This document shows, in pieces, positions 46,142-55,023 of a stretch of DNA of 64,000 nt. The position numbers and the translations under genes were made by a program. The stretch comes from a virus: IMG/VR virus record IMGVR_UViG_3300045988_115142; one strand, 5' to 3'. Position 1 is the first letter of the stretch, and each line of letters opens with the position of its first letter. A model generated the notes under the pieces. It did not search any database and was not told the DNA's origin. It saw nothing but the letters and a program-made list of their open reading frames with translations.

Positions 46142-47290
46142 TTATTCTACCGTTATATGCTTAAGATTTTCTAGATAGAAGTTATTCTTAAAGAAAGAAT
46201 CACAATCTTCTAGAGTACGGGATTCTACTACACCATTAAATGGATTTGTAGATACATCAGAACCTAATCTATCCGATAGAATAAACTCTTTATCTGTATC
46301 AGAAAGATATTTGATCTTAATATCTCTCATATAGTCACAGTAATCAGTGAGTTTAAGATATTTACGAATAAGGATAGCATACATAGCATGATTAGACTTA
46401 TCATAATAGCTTAACCCACGAAGAGTATTTTCTATATAATATAGAGAATCATTAATGTAATCTACAATAGTAGAAGTCATATGATGGAATGCTGTAAAAT
46501 CACCTTTGAATAGATATAGGTTATTTATAGTATCCATATATGATAATACAGAGAAACTGCAGTTATAGTATTGGAAAGATTTTTCATTTACAATACCATT
46601 TACTCTACCCAATAGATTAAGAATCTCTTGACTAGGTAATTTAGGGTTATTAACCATTACAGTTTGTACTGCTTCTAGATATGCTTCTAAGAAAGAGTTT
46701 TCGAAGATATCTGTATCATCATATACATTCAATTCATCTAATAATTGTAATGCTTGGTCTGCAAAAGATTTATCCCATTTCATATCAACGAAATTAATCT
46801 TAGTAGCAATTACATACAACTTAGCATGCATATATTTTAACCAAATATATTTAGAAAGATTCATCTCTTTCTTTTCTTCTAAACTAGTAGACTCAAATAA
46901 GTTTACATAAGGTTTCATATATTCGGTATATGTACCATCTTCATATGATTTATTAAGGATATTAGATAATAAGAAGAATTTATTTTCATAATCATAGACT
47001 TCAGAATTACCAGTTTCATACTTAACAATCATTTCTTGTTTAGAATACTTACCATTGTTGATTTTGTATTCTTCAATATAATTAGGTTTGTCTTTGAAGA
47101 AAGTTTCGATAAGTTTATCTAGTTTAATTCCTAGAGCTTTGATTTCATCATTATCTACCCAGTTAGTAGTGATAGCATGTTCAAATGTATTCTTCTCTGT
47201 ATAGATATCTTCCATTTGTTCAGAGATATCGATAAAATCTTGATTATCTTTAATTTCATCATAAAGACGTTCTGGTAAATAAAGGATCAT
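46142..47290 (-). CDS. hypothetical, predicted mostly helical protein (382 aa)
   Basis: GAAAGGAAGGA RBS. Its stop is 2 nt before the rSAM-C start, so they form an operon. No family recognised. Confidence 0.7.
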   Translation of the reverse strand: MILYLPERLYDEIKDNQDFIDISEQMEDIYTEKNTFEHAITTNWVDNDEIKALGIKLDKLIETFFKDKPNYIEEYKINNGKYSKQEMIVKYETGNSEVYDYENKFFLLSNILNKSYEDGTYTEYMKPYVNLFESTSLEEKKEMNLSKYIWLKYMHAKLYVIATKINFVDMKWDKSFADQALQLLDELNVYDDTDIFENSFLEAYLEAVQTVMVNNPKLPSQEILNLLGRVNGIVNEKSFQYYNCSFSVLSYMDTINNLYLFKGDFTAFHHMTSTIVDYINDSLYYIENTLRGLSYYDKSNHAMYAILIRKYLKLTDYCDYMRDIKIKYLSDTDKEFILSDRLGSDVSTNPFNGVVESRTLEDCDSFFKNNFYLENLKHITVE

Positions 47291-47325
47291 TTATCTATCC
47301 TTCCTTTCGGAGACAAAAAATAAAA

Positions 47326-47347
47326 GAGGGGTGTATTTCTACACCCC
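47326..47347 (-). terminator. hairpin aggggtgta-tttc-tacacccct
   Basis: GC-rich 9-bp stem followed by cttttatttttt on the minus strand, 7 nt after the stop of 47355..47693. Confidence 0.75.
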
Positions 47348-47354
47348 TGTTTAT

Positions 47355-47693
47355 TTAATCTGCAAACTTGCAAATACTTTCAGCATCTATATGATCTTTA
47401 ACCCAGATTTGATAGGTCTCTTTGTTGATAAGATGTCTGATGTATTTCTCAATAGAGCATGCTTCTAAAAAGCCTCGATTAGTTTCCCATATGATATTAC
47501 GAATATCTAATTCATCTTGGTCTATAACTTCGATTCTAAAAAGAATATTTGGGTTTTCTTTATACCACATTTTACCATGTATTAAGATAGATTCTTCTAT
47601 TCTTTTTAAAGCAGTATCTAACTCTTTTTCTTTTATATCTCTGATAGAGAATTCAAGACGTTCTAATTTTTTGTAGATATTAATAGTAAACAT
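47355..47693 (-). CDS. hypothetical small protein (112 aa)
   Basis: GAGGAG RBS. It lies 23 nt downstream of the SLH-bearing adhesin gene with no intervening terminator. Confidence 0.65.
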   Translation of the reverse strand: MFTINIYKKLERLEFSIRDIKEKELDTALKRIEESILIHGKMWYKENPNILFRIEVIDQDELDIRNIIWETNRGFLEACSIEKYIRHLINKETYQIWVKDHIDAESICKFAD

Positions 47694-47716
47694 ACAAAGC
47701 TCCTCTTTTTCTTAGT

Positions 47717-50347
47717 CTATTTTACAATTGTACCATAGTTGTCACGAGTATTGTCTTTATTAACACGTACACGTTCAACTTTATTAACAGCACCATCTTT
47801 ACCAGATAGACGATCTACACGGAAATGCATACCACTTCGTACTGTATCTAGTTCAACTTTGAATTCTTTGATAGCACGACCCATTTCTGGATGCATATAA
47901 CCAGCAGTAATAGCACGGTCTAAAGCTACTGCAAATTCATAGCGAGTTAAAGTAAGATCACCGTTGAAGTTTTTATCTGGATATCCAACGACAATACCTT
48001 TGTAAGCAAGATCTTGCACCATCATGTATGCCCAATGATTTTCTGGAACGTCAGGGAATACTACATCGGTAATTGCTTCATTACGACCCATAGCATGATC
48101 AATTAATGCATCGATCTTAGCATTTTGAGCGGCAACGATTGCACGAAGTTCTTCGATTTCCTTAGCCATAGCTACTTGTTTATTAGTATTCATTCTGGAA
48201 GATTTACCAAACTTCATGGATACACCAGCACCTACCATAGGTTCGCTACCAATAGTAGAAGATACTGTTACCATTGTGTTCTCATTAGGTTGATAAGCTA
48301 CACCGAGAGCACCGGCATTAGCACCTTTATAGTGACCATAACCTGCAGCGAAGCTCCATTTATCATCAGCATTGAAGTCTTGGTAATGTAAGTTAGCCAT
48401 AGCAGCAGCACGAGCACCAACTTTAGCTGTTTGAAGATCAGTATAATGGTTTGCTCTAGCTGTAGCAGCATTGGAAGTATTGTTAATACGATCGTTGATA
48501 TTCTTTTCAGTTTCACGTAATTGGTTAACGTTAACTGCATCAGTACCATCGATACCTTTATCAACGTTGATAATACGTTTACCGCCATTGTTTAATCCTT
48601 TATCTGTTAAGGAAATTTCATCAATAGGGTTTGCATCACCATCATTGGTTCTAATACGCATACCATCGTATTTGAAGCTAGTATGATATTCGCGATCAGT
48701 ACCACGGTAAGTCATATTAATACCTTCTGTTGTGTAAGAGGATTGACTATTTCCATCGTTTAAATTAACGGAATTAAGATCTCTTAAATCTTTAGATGTA
48801 GATACAGTGAAAGTACCATTATCTTCAGCAACTTCAATGTTGTCGCCAGCTTTTACGTATGTTTTATTTTCATTAACATAGCTTTTCAACTGTTTAACGT
48901 TAACTGCATCAGTATCTGCTACACCAGCTTTTACATTGTTGATGATTTGATCACCAGCACTGATACCATCTGTAGTGTAGTAAACTGTTTTATTACCTTC
49001 ACTAGCATACATACCAGTTTTGTCAAATTTTGCTTGATCTAATGTATCAGTATTTTCAATTTGAATACCATTTGATGTAACACCGATGTTTTCACTACCG
49101 TTGAAGAAACGAGCTCCATCTTTAGTAACAGTGGAACGTACATCATCGGTAGCTTTACCAAAGTTAACAGAATTCATTTCATTCAAATCTTTGTTTACAG
49201 CTACCTTATATTCAACACCACCAGCAGTATTTGTACCTGCAGTTACAGTTGTATTATCACCAGCAATTACAGAGGAATGTTTTTTAGCTTCTGTTTCAAC
49301 TACTTTTAACTGAGCTACATTAACTGCATCAGTATCTTCTGTACCAGCAGCTAAACCTGTTAGTTGACGAGTAACATTATTTTCTCTATCACCAACGGAT
49401 AAAGCACTCTTAGTAGATTTCCATGTAGCATCATCTTTACCTTCTGCTAAGTAACCAACTGTACCAGCTAATCTATCTGCTACACTATCGTCGCCTAATG
49501 CCATAGAACCAACACCAGTAGCTTTGGCTTTATTACCAATAGCAACTGCATAATCATTATCAGTTTTAGAATCCATACCAATAGCGATTGCACCATAACC
49601 ATTAGCTGTACCTTGAGCCATTGCTAAAGAGTACTTGCCATTAGCTGTAGAAGCACCACCGATAGCAGTAGCAGCGTAAGCTGTAGTAGATGCATGAGCA
49701 CCTAGAGAAACAGTGAAATAGTTATTAGTATTGGCTTTAGGACCAATTACGACAGATGCTCCTTTTCCAGCTTGAGCTAATTTAGCAGATGCACCTTCTC
49801 CCATGACAATGGACCACATTGCATTTTCAGCAATGATATCCCTACCATGAACCAAAGCACCATAGGAATTGGTTACATTGTTATGCTGACCCATTACAGT
49901 GGCGTGTGGAGAATTTTTAACTGTGATGTAATCCCCTTTAATCATGGTAGATCTGTCACCATACTTCTTAATGGATTCCTCATCATTTTCATTGGTAATG
50001 TGATTGCCAATCATAAGACCATAACTGGAATCTTTGATTTTTACTACATCACCAATTGCAATGTTTTCTACATTGCGACCAGATGGTGCAACTTCAGTAC
50101 CAGAGAAAATGTTATAAATATTGGTACCTGTATACTTGGACCATCCACCTAAGATGACATTATGTACTGTATTTTCATTTTTAGGTACTTCAGTATCTAC
50201 TTTTACATTACCTACAGTAGATACTAAATTGTAATTAGAACCTGCTGTATGATTATTTTCTAAAGTAATAATATTTTCTGCATTTGCACCAGCAGAAATA
50301 ACTGATAAAATAGCTGCAGTTAATAAAATTCTGTTGTTTGTTTTCAT
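47717..50347 (-). CDS. trimeric autotransporter adhesin (YadA-like) with post-anchor coiled coil and C-terminal SLH domain (876 aa)
   Basis: Signal peptide MKTNNRILLTAAILSVISAGANA; head repeats (AIAIG.DS.., AVAIGNKAKATGVGSMALG); three DTDAVNV.QL neck motifs. Anchor: ANLHYQDFNADDKWSFAAGYGHYKGANAGALGVAYQPNENTMV...GAGVSMKFG. Next come a coiled coil and FPDVPENHWAYMMVQDLAYKGIVVGYPD..F.GD..LTRYEFA (SLH, nt ~47925..48065). Confidence 0.85.
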   Translation of the reverse strand: MKTNNRILLTAAILSVISAGANAENIITLENNHTAGSNYNLVSTVGNVKVDTEVPKNENTVHNVILGGWSKYTGTNIYNIFSGTEVAPSGRNVENIAIGDVVKIKDSSYGLMIGNHITNENDEESIKKYGDRSTMIKGDYITVKNSPHATVMGQHNNVTNSYGALVHGRDIIAENAMWSIVMGEGASAKLAQAGKGASVVIGPKANTNNYFTVSLGAHASTTAYAATAIGGASTANGKYSLAMAQGTANGYGAIAIGMDSKTDNDYAVAIGNKAKATGVGSMALGDDSVADRLAGTVGYLAEGKDDATWKSTKSALSVGDRENNVTRQLTGLAAGTEDTDAVNVAQLKVVETEAKKHSSVIAGDNTTVTAGTNTAGGVEYKVAVNKDLNEMNSVNFGKATDDVRSTVTKDGARFFNGSENIGVTSNGIQIENTDTLDQAKFDKTGMYASEGNKTVYYTTDGISAGDQIINNVKAGVADTDAVNVKQLKSYVNENKTYVKAGDNIEVAEDNGTFTVSTSKDLRDLNSVNLNDGNSQSSYTTEGINMTYRGTDREYHTSFKYDGMRIRTNDGDANPIDEISLTDKGLNNGGKRIINVDKGIDGTDAVNVNQLRETEKNINDRINNTSNAATARANHYTDLQTAKVGARAAAMANLHYQDFNADDKWSFAAGYGHYKGANAGALGVAYQPNENTMVTVSSTIGSEPMVGAGVSMKFGKSSRMNTNKQVAMAKEIEELRAIVAAQNAKIDALIDHAMGRNEAITDVVFPDVPENHWAYMMVQDLAYKGIVVGYPDKNFNGDLTLTRYEFAVALDRAITAGYMHPEMGRAIKEFKVELDTVRSGMHFRVDRLSGKDGAVNKVERVRVNKDNTRDNYGTIVK

Positions 50348-50372
50348 TCGAAATGTCTCCTTTAATTAAAAA

Positions 50373-50396
50373 AAGAGCCTCAATTAAGAGGCTCTT
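50373..50396 (-). terminator. hairpin aagagcctc-aattaa-gaggctctt
   Basis: 9-bp stem followed by a T5 run on the minus strand, 13 nt after the stop of 50410..52209. Confidence 0.7.
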
Positions 50397-50409
50397 ATTT
50401 AAATATAAA

Positions 50410-52209
50410 TTATTTACCAGCTTTAAGCTCAGCCACTTCAGCAGTCAATTTATCTACTAAAGCTTCTAGTTTTTCAATTCGACTATCTTTGGATTTTGCT
50501 TCATTGATGTACTCAGAGCCTTTACCAGTTTTGAACGCTACACCCAAATTCATTTGAGGGTGTTTACCGAAGCTGATTGCACCGGAAATCATTGTTCTTT
50601 CGTTAGGACGGTAGAAAGCACCAACTGCTACAGCATTGGCATTTCTGTAATGACCAACGGATGCAGCATAGGAAGCTTTGTCATCTTTGTTGAAGTCCAA
50701 AGGATGCAAGCCAGCTAATGCTGCAGATTGAGCACCCACGTGTGCTACTTGGCTGTCAGTGTAGTTGTTAGCTTGATTAAGTGTATTGGAACCAACTTCG
50801 GCGATTTTGTTATTTAAATCACTTACTTTAGTATCAATCTTATTATCTAGATCAGATACTTTGATACCAATTTTGTTCGTTTCTTCGATAACAGAGTTCA
50901 ATTGGCTACCGTTTACAGCATCAGTAGAAGCTGTAGATACTCTACCAGCTGCTAGGTTAGTGATTGTACGTTCTTTACCAGCATCACCAATGGATACAGT
51001 ACCGATAGGATTGCTACCGGCAAATGTATGGGTATTACCATTGATTGTAGTAGATGCTGTACCAACTACAGTATCAGCATTGCTGTTATGACCAATAGCT
51101 ACAGATTCTTCTTTCACAACAGATGTATTATTACCGATAGCTACACTATAGTTAGCATTGCTGATTTGATTATCTGTACCAACCACTGTTACATGGTAAC
51201 TGTCTTGTGCAATGTTAGCATTGCCCATTACAGTATCGCCTTGTGGATCTTCCAAATGGTCACTATGTACAACATAGTTGTTACTGCCAACCATTGTGGA
51301 ATATTTACTTGCACCTTCATTAGATGTACCAATATTTACGGCATAAGTTCCTTCTGCAGAAACCATATGACCGATAGCCACAGAGCTAACACCTGTTGCA
51401 TTAGCGATAGAACCAACTGCTGTTGAGTTGTTACCTGCTTCATTACTGTTACCAATAGCTACACCATTGTCGAAAGTAGACTTACTGTGATCACCAACGA
51501 CAACACCACCAAAACTATTAGTGGAGCTATTATTACCAATAACGATACCATGACCGTTTGTATTTGTAATATCGGTACCGATACCAATACTACCTTTCTT
51601 ACCTGTTGTTACATTGTGACCAATAGCTAAGCTATTTTCTTCAGTGGCATTTGTTTGATTACCAATAGCGATAGAATTGTTAGCAGTGGCAATTGCTTCT
51701 TTACCGATAGCATATGTATTGTCGCCTTCTACTTTAGCATCTTCACCGAATACTAGTGAGTTTTTGCCTGTGAGTTTTGCTCTTTCGCCACCAGCGATAG
51801 AATTATCACTTCGGAAATCGATAGCATTATTATAACCAAATACTAATGTATTACTAGAGTGGCTAGCATTATAAATGCCACCAGCGATAGAATTATTCGC
51901 ATTCGTGATTGTATTATGGTCACCAGCCACTACAGAATTAGCTGAATTATTATTGTTACTAATACCGAAAGTTGCACTATTATGTGCATCAAGCTGAACA
52001 GTGTTATTTTCACCACCAGCAATAATATTAGTCAAATGACCGTGTGCTTGTGTAACATTTGTATCATGACCATAGATAATACTGTTTTTAACTGACTCGG
52101 CTACTGGATATTGACCAGTATGATAATCATGAGTAGTAGAATCTGCCGCCATAGCTGTAGTGGATAAGGTTGTCAATACCAAAGTTAGTAAAATTTTATT
52201 TGTTTTCAT
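50410..52209 (-). CDS. trimeric autotransporter adhesin (YadA-like) with post-anchor coiled coil (599 aa)
   Basis: Signal peptide MKTNKILLTLVLTTLSTTAMA and a long array of YadA-head-type repeats (NSIAIGNQ.., SVAIGH.., NSTAVGS..). Neck motif STDAVNGSQL. Anchor: LAGLHPLDFNKDDKASYAASVGHYRNANAVAVGAFYRPNERTMI...NLGVAFKTG, then RIEKLEALVDKLTAEVAELK. Confidence 0.85.
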   Translation of the reverse strand: MKTNKILLTLVLTTLSTTAMAADSTTHDYHTGQYPVAESVKNSIIYGHDTNVTQAHGHLTNIIAGGENNTVQLDAHNSATFGISNNNNSANSVVAGDHNTITNANNSIAGGIYNASHSSNTLVFGYNNAIDFRSDNSIAGGERAKLTGKNSLVFGEDAKVEGDNTYAIGKEAIATANNSIAIGNQTNATEENSLAIGHNVTTGKKGSIGIGTDITNTNGHGIVIGNNSSTNSFGGVVVGDHSKSTFDNGVAIGNSNEAGNNSTAVGSIANATGVSSVAIGHMVSAEGTYAVNIGTSNEGASKYSTMVGSNNYVVHSDHLEDPQGDTVMGNANIAQDSYHVTVVGTDNQISNANYSVAIGNNTSVVKEESVAIGHNSNADTVVGTASTTINGNTHTFAGSNPIGTVSIGDAGKERTITNLAAGRVSTASTDAVNGSQLNSVIEETNKIGIKVSDLDNKIDTKVSDLNNKIAEVGSNTLNQANNYTDSQVAHVGAQSAALAGLHPLDFNKDDKASYAASVGHYRNANAVAVGAFYRPNERTMISGAISFGKHPQMNLGVAFKTGKGSEYINEAKSKDSRIEKLEALVDKLTAEVAELKAGK

Positions 52210-52231
52210 TCGAAATTCCTCCTTAAAAAGT

Positions 52232-52253
52232 AAAGCCTCGATTAAGAGGCTTT
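52232..52253 (-). terminator. hairpin aaagcctc-gattaa-gaggcttt
   Basis: 8-bp stem nearly identical to the 50373..50396 hairpin, 11 nt after the stop of 52265..53779. Confidence 0.65.
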
Positions 52254-52264
52254 ATAAAGTATAA

Positions 52265-53779
52265 TTATTTATTTTCTAAAGCTTTATGAAGTTCTTGATT
52301 ATCTTTAAGCAACTTATCTACAATTGCTTTCAAATCATCAATTTCTTTTGCCATTTTTAATGGACTCTTATAAGTAGAACCTTTAGCTCCTACCTTATAC
52401 GATATACCGGCATTTACCATAGTATCTTTACCATTGATAGTAGTACCGAAAGTAACCATTGTATTTTCATTTGGTCTATGAGATACACCAAGTGCTACAG
52501 CAGTTTTACCTTTATAATGACCAACTCCAGCCATGATATCTGTCTTATGATCTGGGTTATAATCAAGTGGGTGTAAAGCTGCTAGAGCAGCTGCATTAGC
52601 ACCTACTTTAGCTACTTGCATATCCGTGTAATGGTTAGCTTGGTTAATGGTATTAGTAGCAATATCAGTAACTTTATTTTCTAAAGTTGTAATACGACCT
52701 TCATGATTACCTAATACTTCTTTATTTTTATCTACTTTAGCACTGATATCATTGATACGATTTTCATTTGTATCAATACGTTTAGAATTATCATTAACTT
52801 TATTTCCTACTTCTTTTAGTTGGCTTACGTTAACAGCATCGGTATCTTTTTCACCACGGCTAACATTGGTAATTTTCTTACCACCATTATTTAATCCATC
52901 AGCGGTTAAAGTGATTTCATCGATTGGTCGGGCATTACCATCATTAGTAGCGATACGAATTCCATTATAATTATAAGTAGTATTATATACAGGTTCTGTA
53001 CCATCACCACGGTGCACCATAGAAATACCTTCTGTTGTATAATGAGATTCATTATTACCGTCATTTAAATTAACAGAATTAAGATTTAAATCTTTATTCA
53101 TTGATACAGTATAGAAACCATCTTCACCATCGACTACAATGTTATCATCACCAGATTGTACAACAGTGTGTTTTTGGGCTTCCATCATAACATCATACAA
53201 TTGGCTACCATTAACAGCGTCTGTAGATTTAGCGGAAATTTCACCAGCACCTACATTTTGTAGTTGACGTGTGAAAACTCGGAATTTTGCTTCTGGTGTA
53301 GTACCTTTATCATAGAATGGTGCATAGCTGCTACCAATACTGAATACACCTTGATTTGTTTTTACGCCAGCATACTTACTATCAACTTTGTGCACATCAT
53401 CGTATGCCATACTATAAGCACCAATAGCTACAGATGCGTCGCCAAAAGATTGAGCAAGGTATCCAATTGCTGTACCTGCTCTAACATCTACTTTTGTATG
53501 ATCACCAATAGCGATATTCCCTTTATTTTCAGGGGAGAAGGAATATATCCCACTTGTTTCTTCTTCATTATAGGTACGAGCATGGGAATACACATGGTTA
53601 CCAATAGTTACAGATGAATATCCAGCAACATTATTAGAGTTACCGAGAACAATATTATTCTCACCTTCAACTTGATTTAAGTTACCAGATACTTGATTTG
53701 TAGTGTCTGCTGCGAAAGCAGTTGTGCCTAAAGATGCAATAATAGCTGTTGTTAATAAAAATTTGTTTGTTGTTTTCAT
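52265..53779 (-). CDS. trimeric autotransporter adhesin (YadA-like) with post-anchor coiled coil (504 aa)
   Basis: Signal peptide MKTTNKFLLTTAIIASLGTTAFA; head repeats; STDAVNGSQL and DTDAVNVSQL neck motifs. Anchor: LAALHPLDYNPDHKTDIMAGVGHYKGKTAVALGVSHRPNENTMV...NAGISYKVG, then EIDDLKAIVDKLLKDNQELHKALE. The stalk segment is paralogous to one in 47717..50347. Confidence 0.85.
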   Translation of the reverse strand: MKTTNKFLLTTAIIASLGTTAFAADTTNQVSGNLNQVEGENNIVLGNSNNVAGYSSVTIGNHVYSHARTYNEEETSGIYSFSPENKGNIAIGDHTKVDVRAGTAIGYLAQSFGDASVAIGAYSMAYDDVHKVDSKYAGVKTNQGVFSIGSSYAPFYDKGTTPEAKFRVFTRQLQNVGAGEISAKSTDAVNGSQLYDVMMEAQKHTVVQSGDDNIVVDGEDGFYTVSMNKDLNLNSVNLNDGNNESHYTTEGISMVHRGDGTEPVYNTTYNYNGIRIATNDGNARPIDEITLTADGLNNGGKKITNVSRGEKDTDAVNVSQLKEVGNKVNDNSKRIDTNENRINDISAKVDKNKEVLGNHEGRITTLENKVTDIATNTINQANHYTDMQVAKVGANAAALAALHPLDYNPDHKTDIMAGVGHYKGKTAVALGVSHRPNENTMVTFGTTINGKDTMVNAGISYKVGAKGSTYKSPLKMAKEIDDLKAIVDKLLKDNQELHKALENK

Positions 53780-53900
53780 TTTGAGATTCCTCCTATAAAA
53801 TTGAATAATAAAAACAAACTTAAAAACATAAGTTAGCCACTAATAACTTTTTCATGTACTCCTTTTAGTTATAAAACTTTACTAACTTATTCACAACTAT

Positions 53901-53931
53901 ATTATATCATTGATTTTTTTAATAATTACAA
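53901..53931 (-). promoter_or_regulatory. sigma70-type promoter with extended -10 (TGATATAAT) upstream of the first adhesin gene
   Basis: The minus strand reads TTGTAA-(19 nt)-TATAAT with TG at -15/-14. The -10 is at 53901..53906, the TG-extended element spans 53901..53909, and the -35-like hexamer is at 53926..53931. It lies just downstream of the rSAM-B stop. Confidence 0.5.
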
Positions 53932-53941
53932 AATAATTTAG

Positions 53942-55006
53942 TTAGAATTTATCGTTTGTATTAATACTTTCTAGTGGAGTAATATTATGCTCACGTTGAG
54001 TCCATGCTGTATAGTCTAAATATTTCTTAAGAAGTATTTTCTTTTCTTCAGGAGTTAATGAAGCTAAGAAGTTCTTAATGGTTTTACCGAATATCTTAGT
54101 TATACGACATGTGCAATCTAAATAATGGTTCTCCCAGTCATCACCGAACTTCTCATAACGTTCATATCGACAACCACCATCACAGATTGCTCCAAATTCA
54201 CATTTTTGACAATCTTCATGTTTACATCTACGCTGAGCTCTAGTATCATCTAATCGAACTAGTTGTTGACTCATAGCAGTACAGTTATTTTGAATACCTT
54301 CTGGAGATATTGTAGTATATTTACCAATATCACAACTACAGAAACTACGATCTTGCCTTAACCATGCTCCAATCTTATTTAAATGCTCTACATAGAGCTT
54401 ATCTAAATCGAATGTATAAGGCAATTGTTTCTCTAGTTCTTCATAGAAGTCTTCAGAATAGTTTTCACCATGAGCAATAACGAATTCACCATTAGCTTTA
54501 CCAGGATATTTTGTATCGTATTTAAGAGCTTTGAAATGATCATGTATTTCTTTAAGTTTATAAATATTCTCGTTATTTACTACAGTCTTAATATCGAATG
54601 TAATACCTTGCTCCAAAGCATATTCAATATTAGCATTAACTTTTTCTGCAATAGAATTACCATGTATATCAACACGGCTAGTAGTAAATCCATCCCAAGA
54701 TAGTTGTACTTCGTTAAGTTTATATTGTTTATGGAATTCAATAAATTCTTTAAAGTTAGCCATAGTAGATGTGACTACTTGGAATTTACATTTTCCATAG
54801 TATTTCTTAACCGTATATTCAATTAAGTCTAATCGAAGGAGAGGCTCACCTCCAAAGAATATAATCCTTGAAGGTTTAAGCTCTTCCATGTATTTATCAA
54901 TCTGCTCTATAGTCATATCCTTAGAATGGAAGTCTATATAACAGTACTTACAACGATTAGGACAATTATTGGTTAAGAAGAAGAAATATTCTCTATAATT
55001 ATCCAT
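53942..55006 (-). CDS. radical SAM / SPASM-domain protein (rSAM-B, 354 aa)
   Basis: CPNRCKYC (CX3CX2C) at residues 15-22, an FFGGEPLL motif, and C-terminal CQKCEFGAICDGGC (canonical SPASM CX2CX5CX3C). Confidence 0.85.
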   Translation of the reverse strand: MDNYREYFFFLTNNCPNRCKYCYIDFHSKDMTIEQIDKYMEELKPSRIIFFGGEPLLRLDLIEYTVKKYYGKCKFQVVTSTMANFKEFIEFHKQYKLNEVQLSWDGFTTSRVDIHGNSIAEKVNANIEYALEQGITFDIKTVVNNENIYKLKEIHDHFKALKYDTKYPGKANGEFVIAHGENYSEDFYEELEKQLPYTFDLDKLYVEHLNKIGAWLRQDRSFCSCDIGKYTTISPEGIQNNCTAMSQQLVRLDDTRAQRRCKHEDCQKCEFGAICDGGCRYERYEKFGDDWENHYLDCTCRITKIFGKTIKNFLASLTPEEKKILLKKYLDYTAWTQREHNITPLESINTNDKF

Positions 55007-55023
55007 AGAATCTCCTATAAGAA

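Noticed and set aside
48125-53617. Plus- and minus-strand internal ORFs within the adhesin genes (48125..48391, 48298..48588, 48471..48686, 49086..49313, 49847..50152, 50786..51091, 51028..51426, 52752..52970, 53264..53617).
   Set aside because: All are nested in the three adhesin ORFs, which have signal peptides, full domain order and RBSs. The nested ORFs have none of these.
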